33,733 nt of DNA from Actinomycetota bacterium (GCA_041158325.1 JBEBBQ010000105.1:1-33733), one strand, 5' to 3'. Positions 9,342-18,420 are shown, counted from the first letter of the stretch. Program-made: numbers and translations. Notes: generated by a model not told the origin, from the sequence alone.

Positions 9342-10249
9342 TGCAGATCGCAGTTGCCGCAACACCGGAAGTCGCCCTACCCACCCTTGAAGCGCTTTTA
9401 GATAGCGAACACGATCTAGTCTCAGTGATCACCCAGCCTGACCGACCAGCAGGTCGCGGACTTGCACTAAAGGAATCTCCGGTAGCGATCTGGGCAAAAG
9501 ATCGCGGAATCCCCGTTAGCAAGCCGGTTGATCAAGCAGCACTCAAACTAGCTGTGACAGATATAGATCTAGTCATCACTATTGGTTTCGGCGTGATTAT
9601 CAAAGAGGAGATTCTGAATCTACCCAAGCATGGATTTATAAATCTCCATTTCTCGCTTTTGCCAAAGTGGCGAGGAGCGGCTCCAGTGCAGCGCGCGATT
9701 GAAGCAGGAGATGAAAAAACTGGAGTTACTGTCTTCAAACTCGATAAGGGAATGGATACCGGTCCGATCTATCGCCAAAAAGAAATAGATATGCCTAGTC
9801 AAGCAACGACTGAATCTATTCTGCAAGAGCTAGCAGAACTAGGAGCGCCTGTAGTTTTAGATGTAATCAGTGCTATTGAATCTAACGAAGCCCCCCTCAT
9901 CCAATCCATAGATGGTGCATCACGCGCCGAGAAGTTATCGAAGGATGAAGGGCGTGTTGATTGGCTTCTTCCAGCAACGAAGATTGAGCGGAAGATCAGA
10001 GCGTTCTATCCGGCACCTGGAGCATGGACAACTTTCCGCGATGAAGCGATCAAAATTGAATCCGCTAGGGCAAGTGAAGCGAAGGCCGGCTTGCCAGGTG
10101 AAATCTTTCTAGAAGGCAGAGATTTATTTGTCTCTACCTCTGCTGGCTCCTTACAAATCTTGAGACTTAAGCCCGCAGGTAAAGCGAGCATGGATGCCAT
10201 CTCTTGGATCAACGGTGCGCGCATCGAGCAAGACGAGCGATTTAAATGA
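9341..10249 (+). CDS. fmt: Methionyl-tRNA formyltransferase
   Basis: Motifs TQPDRPAGRG, INLHFSLLPKWRGAAPVQ and MDTGP. The GTG overlaps the def TAG. Confidence 0.97.
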   Translation: MQIAVAATPEVALPTLEALLDSEHDLVSVITQPDRPAGRGLALKESPVAIWAKDRGIPVSKPVDQAALKLAVTDIDLVITIGFGVIIKEEILNLPKHGFINLHFSLLPKWRGAAPVQRAIEAGDEKTGVTVFKLDKGMDTGPIYRQKEIDMPSQATTESILQELAELGAPVVLDVISAIESNEAPLIQSIDGASRAEKLSKDEGRVDWLLPATKIERKIRAFYPAPGAWTTFRDEAIKIESARASEAKAGLPGEIFLEGRDLFVSTSAGSLQILRLKPAGKASMDAISWINGARIEQDERFK

Positions 10250-11616
10250 GTGATAAGGCGACGCCAGCTCGCCGTAACACCTTTAAATCGCCCAAACCAG
10301 ACCCAATTCGCTTATTAGTCTTCGATATCTTGCAAGAGGTTAACCAGCGCGGAGGATATTCAAATCTATTGCTTCCAAGTGCGCTAACTGATTCTAAGTT
10401 TGAACAGAGAGATAAAGGTTTTGCAACAGAGCTTCTCTACGGAACTCTGCGCATGCAAGGACGCCACGATTACATTGCAGCGCAGATCTCCGATAGACCA
10501 TGGCACGAAGTCGACAACGGCATTGTTGATGTAATCCGGCTGGGCGCTCACCAACTTTTTGAGATGCGAGTAGCCACTCACGCGGCGGTCTCTGAGACAG
10601 TTGAACTTGCCCGTAAAGTTTTGGGGGAGTCGAAGGCCTCATTCGTGAATGCGATGCTGCGCAAGATGAGTGCGCAAACCTTAGATCAGTGGATGGAACC
10701 GGTAAATCAGATAAAAGATGGCGTTGAACGTTTAGCGATAGTTCATTCACACCCGGAATGGATAGTTTCGGCCTACTTTGATCTGCTAAAGGATTTCTCT
10801 GAAGTTGAGTCTGCGCTTATCGCCAACAATATTCCAGCCTCACCGACGTTGGTTTGGTGGCCGGGTCGCTCGTCACAAGCAGAGTTAGTTGATCTAGGTG
10901 GAGTGCCTACTGAGTTTTCGGAATACGGGATCAAATTTGATGGAATCCCAAATACCTTAGAGCCGGTGCGACGCAGAAGGGCTGGCGTACAAGATGAAGG
11001 CTCACAACTCATTGCGCAGATCTTCTCGAAGGTTGCTGCCTCATCGCCTCGCTGGCTTGATTTATGCGCAGGTCCAGGCGGAAAAGCTGCGCTTCTTTCG
11101 TCTATCGCGCAGGAGAAGGGTAAAGAATTTACGGCGAACGAAGTTAGTCAGCCGAGAGCAGAGTTGGTTAAACAAGTAGTTGGAAGTGCAAGAGTTTGGG
11201 TAGGCGATGGCCGCGAAATTTCGACCCATAACGAACTCTTTGACGCGATTCTCGCTGACGTTCCTTGTACTGGACTTGGCGCACTTCGCCGTCGACCTGA
11301 AGTTCGTTGGCGCAGAACCGTCACTGATCTTCGCGCCTTAACCGCCTTACAGCGAGAGTTATCCGATAGCGCAGTATCGGTATTGGCAGATGGTGGACTC
11401 TTTGCCTACGCAACGTGTTCTCCGCACTTTGCCGAAACTACAGTTGCGGTTGCTGATATTTTGAAGGCCCATCCTGAGTTAGAACAGATTGATTTGACTC
11501 CGTTTCTTCCTGAAGGTCTTAACGGCGCCATGCGTGGTAAATCTCTCTCGCTATGGACGCATCGCCATCAGAGCGATTCCATGTTCATGGCGGTATTCCG
11601 CAAGAAAGACCAATAA
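10246..11616 (+). CDS. rsmB: 16S rRNA m5C methyltransferase (RsmB/Sun, with NusB-like N-terminal domain)
   Basis: Motifs TELLYGTLR, FVNAMLR, VQDEGSQ, DLCAGPGGK, DVPCTGLG and YATCS. Confidence 0.93.
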   Translation: MSDKATPARRNTFKSPKPDPIRLLVFDILQEVNQRGGYSNLLLPSALTDSKFEQRDKGFATELLYGTLRMQGRHDYIAAQISDRPWHEVDNGIVDVIRLGAHQLFEMRVATHAAVSETVELARKVLGESKASFVNAMLRKMSAQTLDQWMEPVNQIKDGVERLAIVHSHPEWIVSAYFDLLKDFSEVESALIANNIPASPTLVWWPGRSSQAELVDLGGVPTEFSEYGIKFDGIPNTLEPVRRRRAGVQDEGSQLIAQIFSKVAASSPRWLDLCAGPGGKAALLSSIAQEKGKEFTANEVSQPRAELVKQVVGSARVWVGDGREISTHNELFDAILADVPCTGLGALRRRPEVRWRRTVTDLRALTALQRELSDSAVSVLADGGLFAYATCSPHFAETTVAVADILKAHPELEQIDLTPFLPEGLNGAMRGKSLSLWTHRHQSDSMFMAVFRKKDQ

Positions 11617-11619
11617 GGT
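11614..11619 (+). promoter_or_regulatory. Putative -10 box (TAAGGT), leaderless rpe; the TAA is the rsmB stop
   Basis: TANNNT 6 nt before ATG 11626. The same bases could alternatively act as an SD (AAGG). Confidence 0.45.
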
Positions 11620-11625
11620 GTTTCT

Positions 11626-12288
11626 ATGAACGATCAACATATTCGAATAACGCCAAGTATTCTCAGCGCCGATCGCGAAAATATTGTTAGCGAGATAGCC
11701 AAGATCGCGGAAGTTTCTGATCTAATTCACCTTGACATTATGGATAATCGTTTCGTACCAAACCAAACTTGGAACTTGGCGGAGGCGCAAGCCATCATTT
11801 CGTCGTCACCGGCGCCCATCGATGCTCATTTAATGGTTGAAGACGTTGACACCTTAGCGATCGAATATGCGATTGCTGGTTCGGGTAGCGTCACAATCCA
11901 CGCTGAAGCGGCAGTCGATATCAGTAAGACGCTGCGAGAAATTAGATCTCATGGCGCAAGAGCTGGCCTCGCAGTAAAACCCGGTACTCCAATTGAAGGC
12001 TACTTAGAATTTTCTGATCTCGTAGATATGTTTCTAATCATGACGGTAGAACCAGGATTTGGTGGCCAGAAATTCATGGCGGAGATGATGGAGAAGGTGC
12101 GGTTGACCCGTAAATCGATAGGCGAAAGACCAATCTGGCTGCAGGTAGATGGTGGAATTTCTATCGATACCATCACAATCGCGCGCGAGGCCGGCGCAGA
12201 TACCTTTGTTGCAGGGTCTGCTGTCTTCAACTCTCCTGAACCAGCGGTGATGGTTGAAATGCTGCGTCATCGCGCTAGCGCTCTCTAG
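11626..12288 (+). CDS. rpe: Ribulose-phosphate 3-epimerase
   Basis: Motifs PSILSAD, HLDIMD..FVPN, DAHLMV, MTVEPGFGGQ and VDGG. Confidence 0.97.
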   Translation: MNDQHIRITPSILSADRENIVSEIAKIAEVSDLIHLDIMDNRFVPNQTWNLAEAQAIISSSPAPIDAHLMVEDVDTLAIEYAIAGSGSVTIHAEAAVDISKTLREIRSHGARAGLAVKPGTPIEGYLEFSDLVDMFLIMTVEPGFGGQKFMAEMMEKVRLTRKSIGERPIWLQVDGGISIDTITIAREAGADTFVAGSAVFNSPEPAVMVEMLRHRASAL

Positions 12289-12294
12289 TAAACT
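12289..12294 (+). promoter_or_regulatory. Putative -10 box (TAAACT), leaderless hisE-hisG
   Basis: TANNNT immediately after the rpe stop and 6 nt before ATG 12301. Confidence 0.6.
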
Positions 12295-12300
12295 CTGAGC

Positions 12301-12564
12301 ATGAAGTCTTTCGATCAACTCTTTGAAGAGCTCTCGGCGAAACTGGCATCTCGTGAATCCAGTTCTGGCACGGTTGCGGCGATTGATGCGGGAGTGCACT
12401 CGATTGGAAAGAAGATTCTCGAAGAAGCCGGGGAAGTCTGGCTTGCCGCAGAACATGAGAACGATCAAGCTCTGGCCGAGGAGATCAGCCAACTTATCTA
12501 CCATCTACAAGTTTTGATGCTGGCCCGCGGTTTGAAACCGACAGATATATATAAGTTTCTCTAG
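12301..12564 (+). CDS. hisE: Phosphoribosyl-ATP pyrophosphohydrolase
   Basis: [36 protein letters not shown], the actinobacterial HisE pattern. Confidence 0.96.
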   Translation: MKSFDQLFEELSAKLASRESSSGTVAAIDAGVHSIGKKILEEAGEVWLAAEHENDQALAEEISQLIYHLQVLMLARGLKPTDIYKFL

Positions 12565-12577
12565 AGATTGGTAAGAA

Positions 12578-13423
12578 ATGTTAAAGATAGCAATTCCAAA
12601 TAAGGGCTCGTTAGCCGACTCATCGATCGAGATCTTTAAAGAGGCGGGTTACCGACAGAGAAGTGATTCCCGCGATCTCGTACTAATAGATCCCGGCAAT
12701 AACGTTGAGTTCTACTACTTACGCCCGCGCGATATTGCTTTGTATGTAGGTTCGGGCGAACTCGAGGCTGGCGTTACTGGTCGAGATTTACTTATAGATT
12801 CTGGCGCATCTGCTACTGAAGTACTCTCACTGGGTTTTGGTGGATCGACCTTTAGATTTGCAGGCCCTGCAGCCGACAATCTCGCTCTTTCTGATCTATC
12901 AGGCAAGCGAATCGCCACGGCTTATCCAGGGTTGGTTCAAAACTATCTCGCTCAGAAGTCGATCAAGGCTGAGGTTGTTCGCCTAGATGGTGCGGTAGAA
13001 AGTAGCGTGCGTCTTGGCGTCGCTGACGTAATCGCTGATGTTGTCAGTACAGGAAATACTCTCCGCCAAGCTGGGCTCGCTATATTTGGAGACCCGATCT
13101 TGGTTAGCGAGGCCGTTCTTATTACTCGTAACGGTGCTGCTGTACCAGCTGGTCTAGAAGTTTTGCAACGACGCCTGCAAGGTGTAGTAACTGCACGAGA
13201 GTATGTTCTTCTCGATTACGACATTCCAAAGGTAAGCGTCGACAACGCTTGTGCAATTACGCCCGGACTTGAATCACCAACTATCTCACCACTGCAGAAA
13301 GAGGATTGGGTGGCGGTGCGAGCGATGGTGCTTCGTAAAGATACAAATCGCCTGATGGATGAACTCTGGTCACTTGGTGCCCGTGGAATATTGGTTACAG
13401 ATATCCACGCTTGCCGTCTTTAA
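12578..13423 (+). CDS. hisG: ATP phosphoribosyltransferase, long form
   Basis: Motifs IAIPNKGSL, LRPRDI, IATAYP, GAVE, DVVSTGNTL, plus the C-terminal regulatory domain (PGLESPT). Confidence 0.97.
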   Translation: MLKIAIPNKGSLADSSIEIFKEAGYRQRSDSRDLVLIDPGNNVEFYYLRPRDIALYVGSGELEAGVTGRDLLIDSGASATEVLSLGFGGSTFRFAGPAADNLALSDLSGKRIATAYPGLVQNYLAQKSIKAEVVRLDGAVESSVRLGVADVIADVVSTGNTLRQAGLAIFGDPILVSEAVLITRNGAAVPAGLEVLQRRLQGVVTAREYVLLDYDIPKVSVDNACAITPGLESPTISPLQKEDWVAVRAMVLRKDTNRLMDELWSLGARGILVTDIHACRL

Positions 13424-13424
13424 A

Positions 13425-14624
13425 TTAAGCCTCTTCTACCTCTTCGCGAGAAATTCCCATTAGATAGAGAACAGAGTCTAGATATGGTGCCGAGACCGAA
13501 CTGTCTGCAGCGGCCTTAACGGCAGGTTTGGCATTAAATGCAATTCCCATACCTGCGATAGCGATCATATCTAGATCATTTGCTCCATCACCGATCGCAA
13601 TTGTTTGGTCTAAGCCAACGTTATGTTCTGCGGCGAATTCACGTAACGCAGTTGCCTTACCCGCGCGATCGATTATCGGCCCAGTAAGTGCACCGGTTAA
13701 CTTTCCATCCACAATTTCAAGATTATTTGCACGCATATGGTCGATACCTAATTCACTCGCCAGAGGCGCGATTACCGGCTCAAAACCACCAGAGACTAGG
13801 GCCATATGGTGACCGAGCTTCTTTAAAGTTCTCACCAGAGTGCGCGCACCGGGAGTCAAAGTTATTTCAGATTGAACATCCTCTAGAACACTGACAGGAA
13901 GACCTTTCAATAGGGCTACACGTGCACGAAGACTCGCTTCAAAGTCGAGTTCGCCTCTCATAGCCGCCTCGGTTATCTTTGCAATCTCGCTCTGCACACC
14001 TGCCTTAGCACCGAGAAGTTCAATCACTTCTTGTTGAATGAGCGTTGAATCAACATCCATTACGACCAACTTAGTTGCAAAACGCATTAGCCCGCCGGGG
14101 GAGACTGCGATATCAACTCCAAGTTCGCTGCCAGTTGTTGCAAGAGCGCTTCTTAGCGTCGCTAAATCAGCGCCAGATACCGTCAACTCAATAGCAGTTA
14201 CGGGATAACTTGCGGTTCGGTTAATTCGCTCAATATTTCCGCCATCTTCGGAAATCACAGCAGCGATGGCATTTATCGCAGCGGGCTTGAGCGATTGTGA
14301 AAGAACGACGACGTGAAGTAAAGATTTCTTAGGAGCAATTGTGTTCTGATCGCTACTTTCAAAGGCGGTTGCGATATCTACACCAAGTTTGGTGGCGCAT
14401 TCTTCAAGGTCTGCCTCAATAGATTTAGCGTGGGCGGGTGATAGCGAGATTAGAACTGTCAAAATCAAACGACCACGTATGACCACTTGCTGAATATCGA
14501 GAATTGTTACGGCAAATGGAGAGAGCGCTTCGAAGAGTGCTTCGGTTATTCCAGGGTTATCAACACCGGAGACCAAGATGAGGCCGGTGAACTGTTGCTC
14601 AGAAACACCGTTTTTTGACTCCAT
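13425..14624 (-). CDS. serB: Phosphoserine phosphatase with two N-terminal ACT domains
   Basis: ACT-like SGVDNPGIT, HAD motif DVDSTL, VSGGF and GDGANDL. Confidence 0.93.
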   Translation of the reverse strand: MESKNGVSEQQFTGLILVSGVDNPGITEALFEALSPFAVTILDIQQVVIRGRLILTVLISLSPAHAKSIEADLEECATKLGVDIATAFESSDQNTIAPKKSLLHVVVLSQSLKPAAINAIAAVISEDGGNIERINRTASYPVTAIELTVSGADLATLRSALATTGSELGVDIAVSPGGLMRFATKLVVMDVDSTLIQQEVIELLGAKAGVQSEIAKITEAAMRGELDFEASLRARVALLKGLPVSVLEDVQSEITLTPGARTLVRTLKKLGHHMALVSGGFEPVIAPLASELGIDHMRANNLEIVDGKLTGALTGPIIDRAGKATALREFAAEHNVGLDQTIAIGDGANDLDMIAIAGMGIAFNAKPAVKAAADSSVSAPYLDSVLYLMGISREEVEEA

Positions 14625-14707
14625 AATCGAGAAGTTTATCGTGAATCACATCAGCGTATGGCGCAATTGCAAGTGATTCATCACCTTTACCGCTATCTTT
14701 TTCATCT

Positions 14708-15505
14708 ATGAACGCCGCACCGAGCCAAGTTGTCCTTGCTATGCAAGGTGTCAGCGTTACTCGCGGCGCTAAGCGCATTCTTGGACCAATAGATTTTCGT
14801 ATTCAAAGCGGTGAACGCTGGGTAATTCTTGGGCCAAATGGTGCGGGTAAATCCACGCTTCTAAATATCTTAGCTACTCGAATATTTCCGACTTCCGGGA
14901 CGGTGTCGATTCTCGATAAACAAATGGGGAAGGTGGACCTCTCCGAACTGCGAACGCGTATCGGAATATGCGCTTCGCTTCTTGCTGAAGATATTCCCGA
15001 TGATGAATTTGTTCGCGATGTTGTCTTAACTGCCGCCTATGCAGTGATCGGCAGATGGAATGAAGTTTATGATCTTTGGGATGAATCACGAGCGGTCGCG
15101 CTATTAACGACCTTTGGAGTTCGCGAGTTTGCAGATCGTCGCTACTACACGTTAAGCGATGGCGAGAAGAAGCGGGTTCAGATCGCTCGCGCACTCATGG
15201 CTGATCCCGAGCTTCTTCTTCTAGACGAACCTACTGCTGGTCTTGATCTGGGTGGTCGTGAAGACCTTTTGCGCCGCTTCTCAGAGTTTTCATTAGATCC
15301 GTTAGCGCCATCTAGCATCATTGTTACTCATCACATAGAAGAGATTCCTGCTGGAACGACGCATGCACTAATTATCAAAGATGGCGTAATTGCCATCTCC
15401 GGACCAATAGCCGAGGTAATCACATCAGAGCATATGAGCGCTGTTTTCGGAATCAGTATCGATGTCACAACAGATGGTTCGCGCTTTTTCGCTCGAAGTA
15501 GATGA
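14708..15505 (+). CDS. ABC ATP-binding protein (ModF/COG1119-like), with no adjacent permease
   Basis: Walker A GPNGAGKS, signature LSDGE, Walker B LLLLDEPT and H-loop VTHH. Confidence 0.9.
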   Translation: MNAAPSQVVLAMQGVSVTRGAKRILGPIDFRIQSGERWVILGPNGAGKSTLLNILATRIFPTSGTVSILDKQMGKVDLSELRTRIGICASLLAEDIPDDEFVRDVVLTAAYAVIGRWNEVYDLWDESRAVALLTTFGVREFADRRYYTLSDGEKKRVQIARALMADPELLLLDEPTAGLDLGGREDLLRRFSEFSLDPLAPSSIIVTHHIEEIPAGTTHALIIKDGVIAISGPIAEVITSEHMSAVFGISIDVTTDGSRFFARSR

Positions 15506-16149
15506 CTAGATTTAGAGATCAGTTACATCCTGGTTGGCGCGATCTGCTAAAGGGATCGCTGCATCTGCTAGATCAGATCGAAGAGCATCTTGGGGCAGAT
15601 TCCTTTCTTCCTAAACACGATGATGTTATGAAATCGCTGAGCTTTGATCCCTCGCAGGCGAGAGTTCTAATCCTTGGGCAAGATCCATATCCAAGCGCGA
15701 TTGATGCGATGGGCCTTGCTTTCTCAACAGCGCGAGGCGATGGAAAGTTGCCCGCATCACTCAAAAACATTTATCGTGAATTGGTTGATGACTTGGGCGT
15801 ATCTCATCCGACTTCAGGGGATTTACTTCCTTGGTGCAGACAGGGTGTAATACTTTTAAATCGAACGCTGACATGTGAGGAAGGTGAGAGTAATTCACAT
15901 AAAGAGATAGGTTGGAGAGAATTTACGGATCAAGTTGTAGGTATCCTCGCCCAGAAAGGTGTAATTGCAATTCTCTGGGGCGCTAACGCGCAAGAGGTCG
16001 AACACCACTTTTCTAAATCGGATTGCATTATTAGCGTTCATCCCAGTCCGCTATCGGCCTACCGGGGTTTCTTCGGCTCTAAGCCATTTAGTAGGGCTAA
16101 TCAACTTTTGACGGCTAAAGGGCGCGAACCCATCGACTGGTCGATTTAA
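15502..16149 (+). CDS. ung: Uracil-DNA glycosylase, family 1
   Basis: Motifs ILGQDPYP, GLAFS, SLKNI, QGVILLN, LWG and HPSPLS. ATGA overlap with the ABC ATPase. Confidence 0.96.
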   Translation: MTRFRDQLHPGWRDLLKGSLHLLDQIEEHLGADSFLPKHDDVMKSLSFDPSQARVLILGQDPYPSAIDAMGLAFSTARGDGKLPASLKNIYRELVDDLGVSHPTSGDLLPWCRQGVILLNRTLTCEEGESNSHKEIGWREFTDQVVGILAQKGVIAILWGANAQEVEHHFSKSDCIISVHPSPLSAYRGFFGSKPFSRANQLLTAKGREPIDWSI

Positions 16150-16150
16150 T

Positions 16151-16190
16151 GTAGAAAGCCCCCGGTCAACAAGAACCGGGGGCTTTCTAC
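16151..16190. terminator. Bidirectional intrinsic terminator between the convergent ung and NCS2 permease genes
   Basis: Perfect 16-bp inverted repeat GTAGAAAGCCCCCGGT-(CAACAAGA)-ACCGGGGGCTTTCTAC, with a short T-tract after the GC stem on each strand. Confidence 0.88.
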
Positions 16191-16205
16191 CAACTAATTA
16201 CTTGC

Positions 16206-17642
16206 TTATCCAACCCAGGTATTAATTGGTGAAGATAAGAAGTAGATCATAAAGAGGCCAGATACCAAGAGAAGTAGTGGATGTACTTCCTTGCGACGGC
16301 CTTGGATGTAGCGAATGACTACGTGAGTTACAAAGCCAGCACCGATACCTACTGAGATGTTGTAGGTAAATGGCATCAAGATGATTGTGAGAAACGCTGG
16401 AATTGCGATTCCATAATCTTCCCAATCAATAGCTTTAATTTGAGTCATCATCAAGAATCCAACGATGATCAGCGCAGGCGTTGCCGCCTCGTAAGGAATG
16501 ATCGCAACGAGTGGAGCCAAGAATGTTGTAAGCAGGAAGCATGCTCCTGTTACGACAGATGCCAGACCAGTACGTGCACCTTCGCCAACACCGGATGCAG
16601 ATTCGATGTAGCTAGTGTTGGAAGAGATGCTTCCAGCGCCACCTGCAACGGCAGCTAATGAGTCGACAAGGAGAATACGATCATTATTTGGAACGTTTCC
16701 ATCTTTATCGATCAACCCGGCCTCATGCCCGATCGCTGTAACTGTTCCGACAGTGTCGAAGAAGTCTGAGAGCAGAAGGGTAAAGATCAAAAGGATAACT
16801 GTGACCAAGGGAAGGCGGTCGAATGAGCCGAGGAGATTGAAATCTCCAAAGAGGCTGAAATCTGGGGTAGCGGCAATCTTTTCAGGTACCGCAGGAACGT
16901 TTAAGTTCCATCCCTTTGGATTTACTTCACCGGTCGCGCCATTAAATAGTGGTCCAATTTTGAGAGTTGTCTCAACAATGACCGCGGCAATCGTTGCGAC
17001 GATGATTCCGATGAGAATCGCGCCTTTTACCTTCTTAACCATAAGGGCGATCGTTAGGAATAGTCCGAGCGCGAAGATGATTACTGGCCAGCCAACTAGG
17101 GTTCCGCCATCGCCAAGTGTTACTGGAACAGGACCGGCGCCTGTGCGACGAACGAATCCGGCATCGACGAGACCGATAAGTGCGATAAATAGACCGATAC
17201 CGACTGAGATTGCAATCTTTAATTGCGCAGGTACCGCTTTAAATACTGCAGTTCTAAATCCAGTGAGTACCAAGATGGTGATGATTATTCCTTCGATTAC
17301 AACGAGTCCCATTGCATCTGCCCAAGTCATTTGGGATGCAATACCAACTGCAACGAAGGTGTTAAGGCCTAAACCTGTAGCAAGTGCGAGTGGATAATTT
17401 CCAACTACACCCATCAGGATTGTTAATACACCTGCCATAAGTGCGGTCATTGCTGCAACGAGTGCGAGATTAGGGGCATCTCCACCACCGATGTATTTTC
17501 CATCAGCATCTTTTGCAAGGCCGATGATTAGTGGATTTAGTGCGACTATGTATGCCATCGTGAAGAAGGTGACGATGCCGCCTCGAACTTCCCGCGCTAC
17601 AGTGGAGCCACGTTCTGATATTTTGAAATAGCTATCGAGCAT
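16206..17642 (-). CDS. NCS2-family nucleobase permease (AzgA/COG2252-like, probably guanine/hypoxanthine/adenine)
   Basis: Motifs TFFTMAYI, ATGLGLN, GIGLFIALIGL, DFFDTVGT, YIESASGVGEGARTG and MPFTYNIS. Multi-TM protein; SD AGAAAGG at 17649-17655. Confidence 0.92.
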   Translation of the reverse strand: MLDSYFKISERGSTVAREVRGGIVTFFTMAYIVALNPLIIGLAKDADGKYIGGGDAPNLALVAAMTALMAGVLTILMGVVGNYPLALATGLGLNTFVAVGIASQMTWADAMGLVVIEGIIITILVLTGFRTAVFKAVPAQLKIAISVGIGLFIALIGLVDAGFVRRTGAGPVPVTLGDGGTLVGWPVIIFALGLFLTIALMVKKVKGAILIGIIVATIAAVIVETTLKIGPLFNGATGEVNPKGWNLNVPAVPEKIAATPDFSLFGDFNLLGSFDRLPLVTVILLIFTLLLSDFFDTVGTVTAIGHEAGLIDKDGNVPNNDRILLVDSLAAVAGGAGSISSNTSYIESASGVGEGARTGLASVVTGACFLLTTFLAPLVAIIPYEAATPALIIVGFLMMTQIKAIDWEDYGIAIPAFLTIILMPFTYNISVGIGAGFVTHVVIRYIQGRRKEVHPLLLLVSGLFMIYFLSSPINTWVG

Positions 17643-17733
17643 GACGAACCTTTCTAATTTTGTTAACGGGGGTGTTTGCGACCCCGTGCGAAATAACGGC
17701 TCACAGACCGAGGGATAAGAGGATCTAAACTTA
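17643..17733 (-). promoter_or_regulatory. Structured 5' leader of the NCS2 permease (candidate cis-regulatory RNA)
   Basis: Hairpin CGGU-CUGUGA-GCCG (17697-17710), hairpin ACGGGG..CCCCGU (17666-17687), an SD, and a possible -10 TAAGTT at 17728-17733. Confidence 0.45.
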
Positions 17734-17742
17734 AAAGAGCGG

Positions 17743-18414
17743 TTACTTTGAGGTTAGACGCGCGACTATGCCGAAAGAAATAGCTACAGATTGGCCGATT
17801 AAGAGGGCAAAGAGCGCGGTACCCAGGCCAACTTTGCCGCCTAGTAAAGCGCCGATGATCAGAACTGTTACTTCAATTCCCATACGAACTCGTCCTACGC
17901 GAACGCCGGTACGTTGATGAATTCCGGTCATTGCGCCATCGCGAGGGCCAGGTCCAAGGCCACAAGTTATGTAGAGCGCAGAACCAAGGCCTACCAGTGC
18001 GATACCAATAAGAGCAGATGCAAGCCCGCCAAGCAACGTTTCTTGTAGTGGAAATACCGATACGCCAAATTCGATAGCAGCAGAGATGATCACGATGTTC
18101 GCGAGAGTTCCAAATCCTGGGCGTTCACGCAGTGGGATCCAGATGAGAAGTACGAAGCATCCAGTAACGAAGGTAGCCCAGCCAAGTGAAAGACCAGTTT
18201 TCAAACTAAGGCCTTGTGCAAAAACCGTCCAAGGCGCATTACCTAGATTTGATTGAACGACTAGCGCATCACCTAAACCAAAGATAGCTAAGCCAAAAAA
18301 GAGAATCGCAACTCTGGAGAATGAGAGATCCCAACGAGAATTTGCGCGCCACGGTGTAATTGGTACTGTCTTGTGGGGTTTGAGAAATGCAGAAAATTTG
18401 CTTATCAAACTCAT
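17743..18414 (-). CDS. YczE/YyaS/YitT-family membrane protein
   Basis: Motifs LGNAPWTVFAQGL, PGFGTLAN, LGPGPRDG and VGLGT. Hydrophobic with a two-repeat layout. Confidence 0.85.
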   Translation of the reverse strand: MSLISKFSAFLKPHKTVPITPWRANSRWDLSFSRVAILFFGLAIFGLGDALVVQSNLGNAPWTVFAQGLSLKTGLSLGWATFVTGCFVLLIWIPLRERPGFGTLANIVIISAAIEFGVSVFPLQETLLGGLASALIGIALVGLGSALYITCGLGPGPRDGAMTGIHQRTGVRVGRVRMGIEVTVLIIGALLGGKVGLGTALFALLIGQSVAISFGIVARLTSK

Positions 18415-18420
18415 CTCGAG

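Noticed and set aside
15670-15695. Ung motif GQDPYP instead of GQDPYH
   Set aside because: This is the normal actinobacterial variant, also seen in mycobacterial Ung.
16615-17397. 260-aa plus-strand ORF opposite the NCS2 permease, and many other 60-160 aa antisense or alternate-frame ORFs
   Set aside because: These are shadow frames of well-supported genes, with no recognisable motifs or initiation signals.
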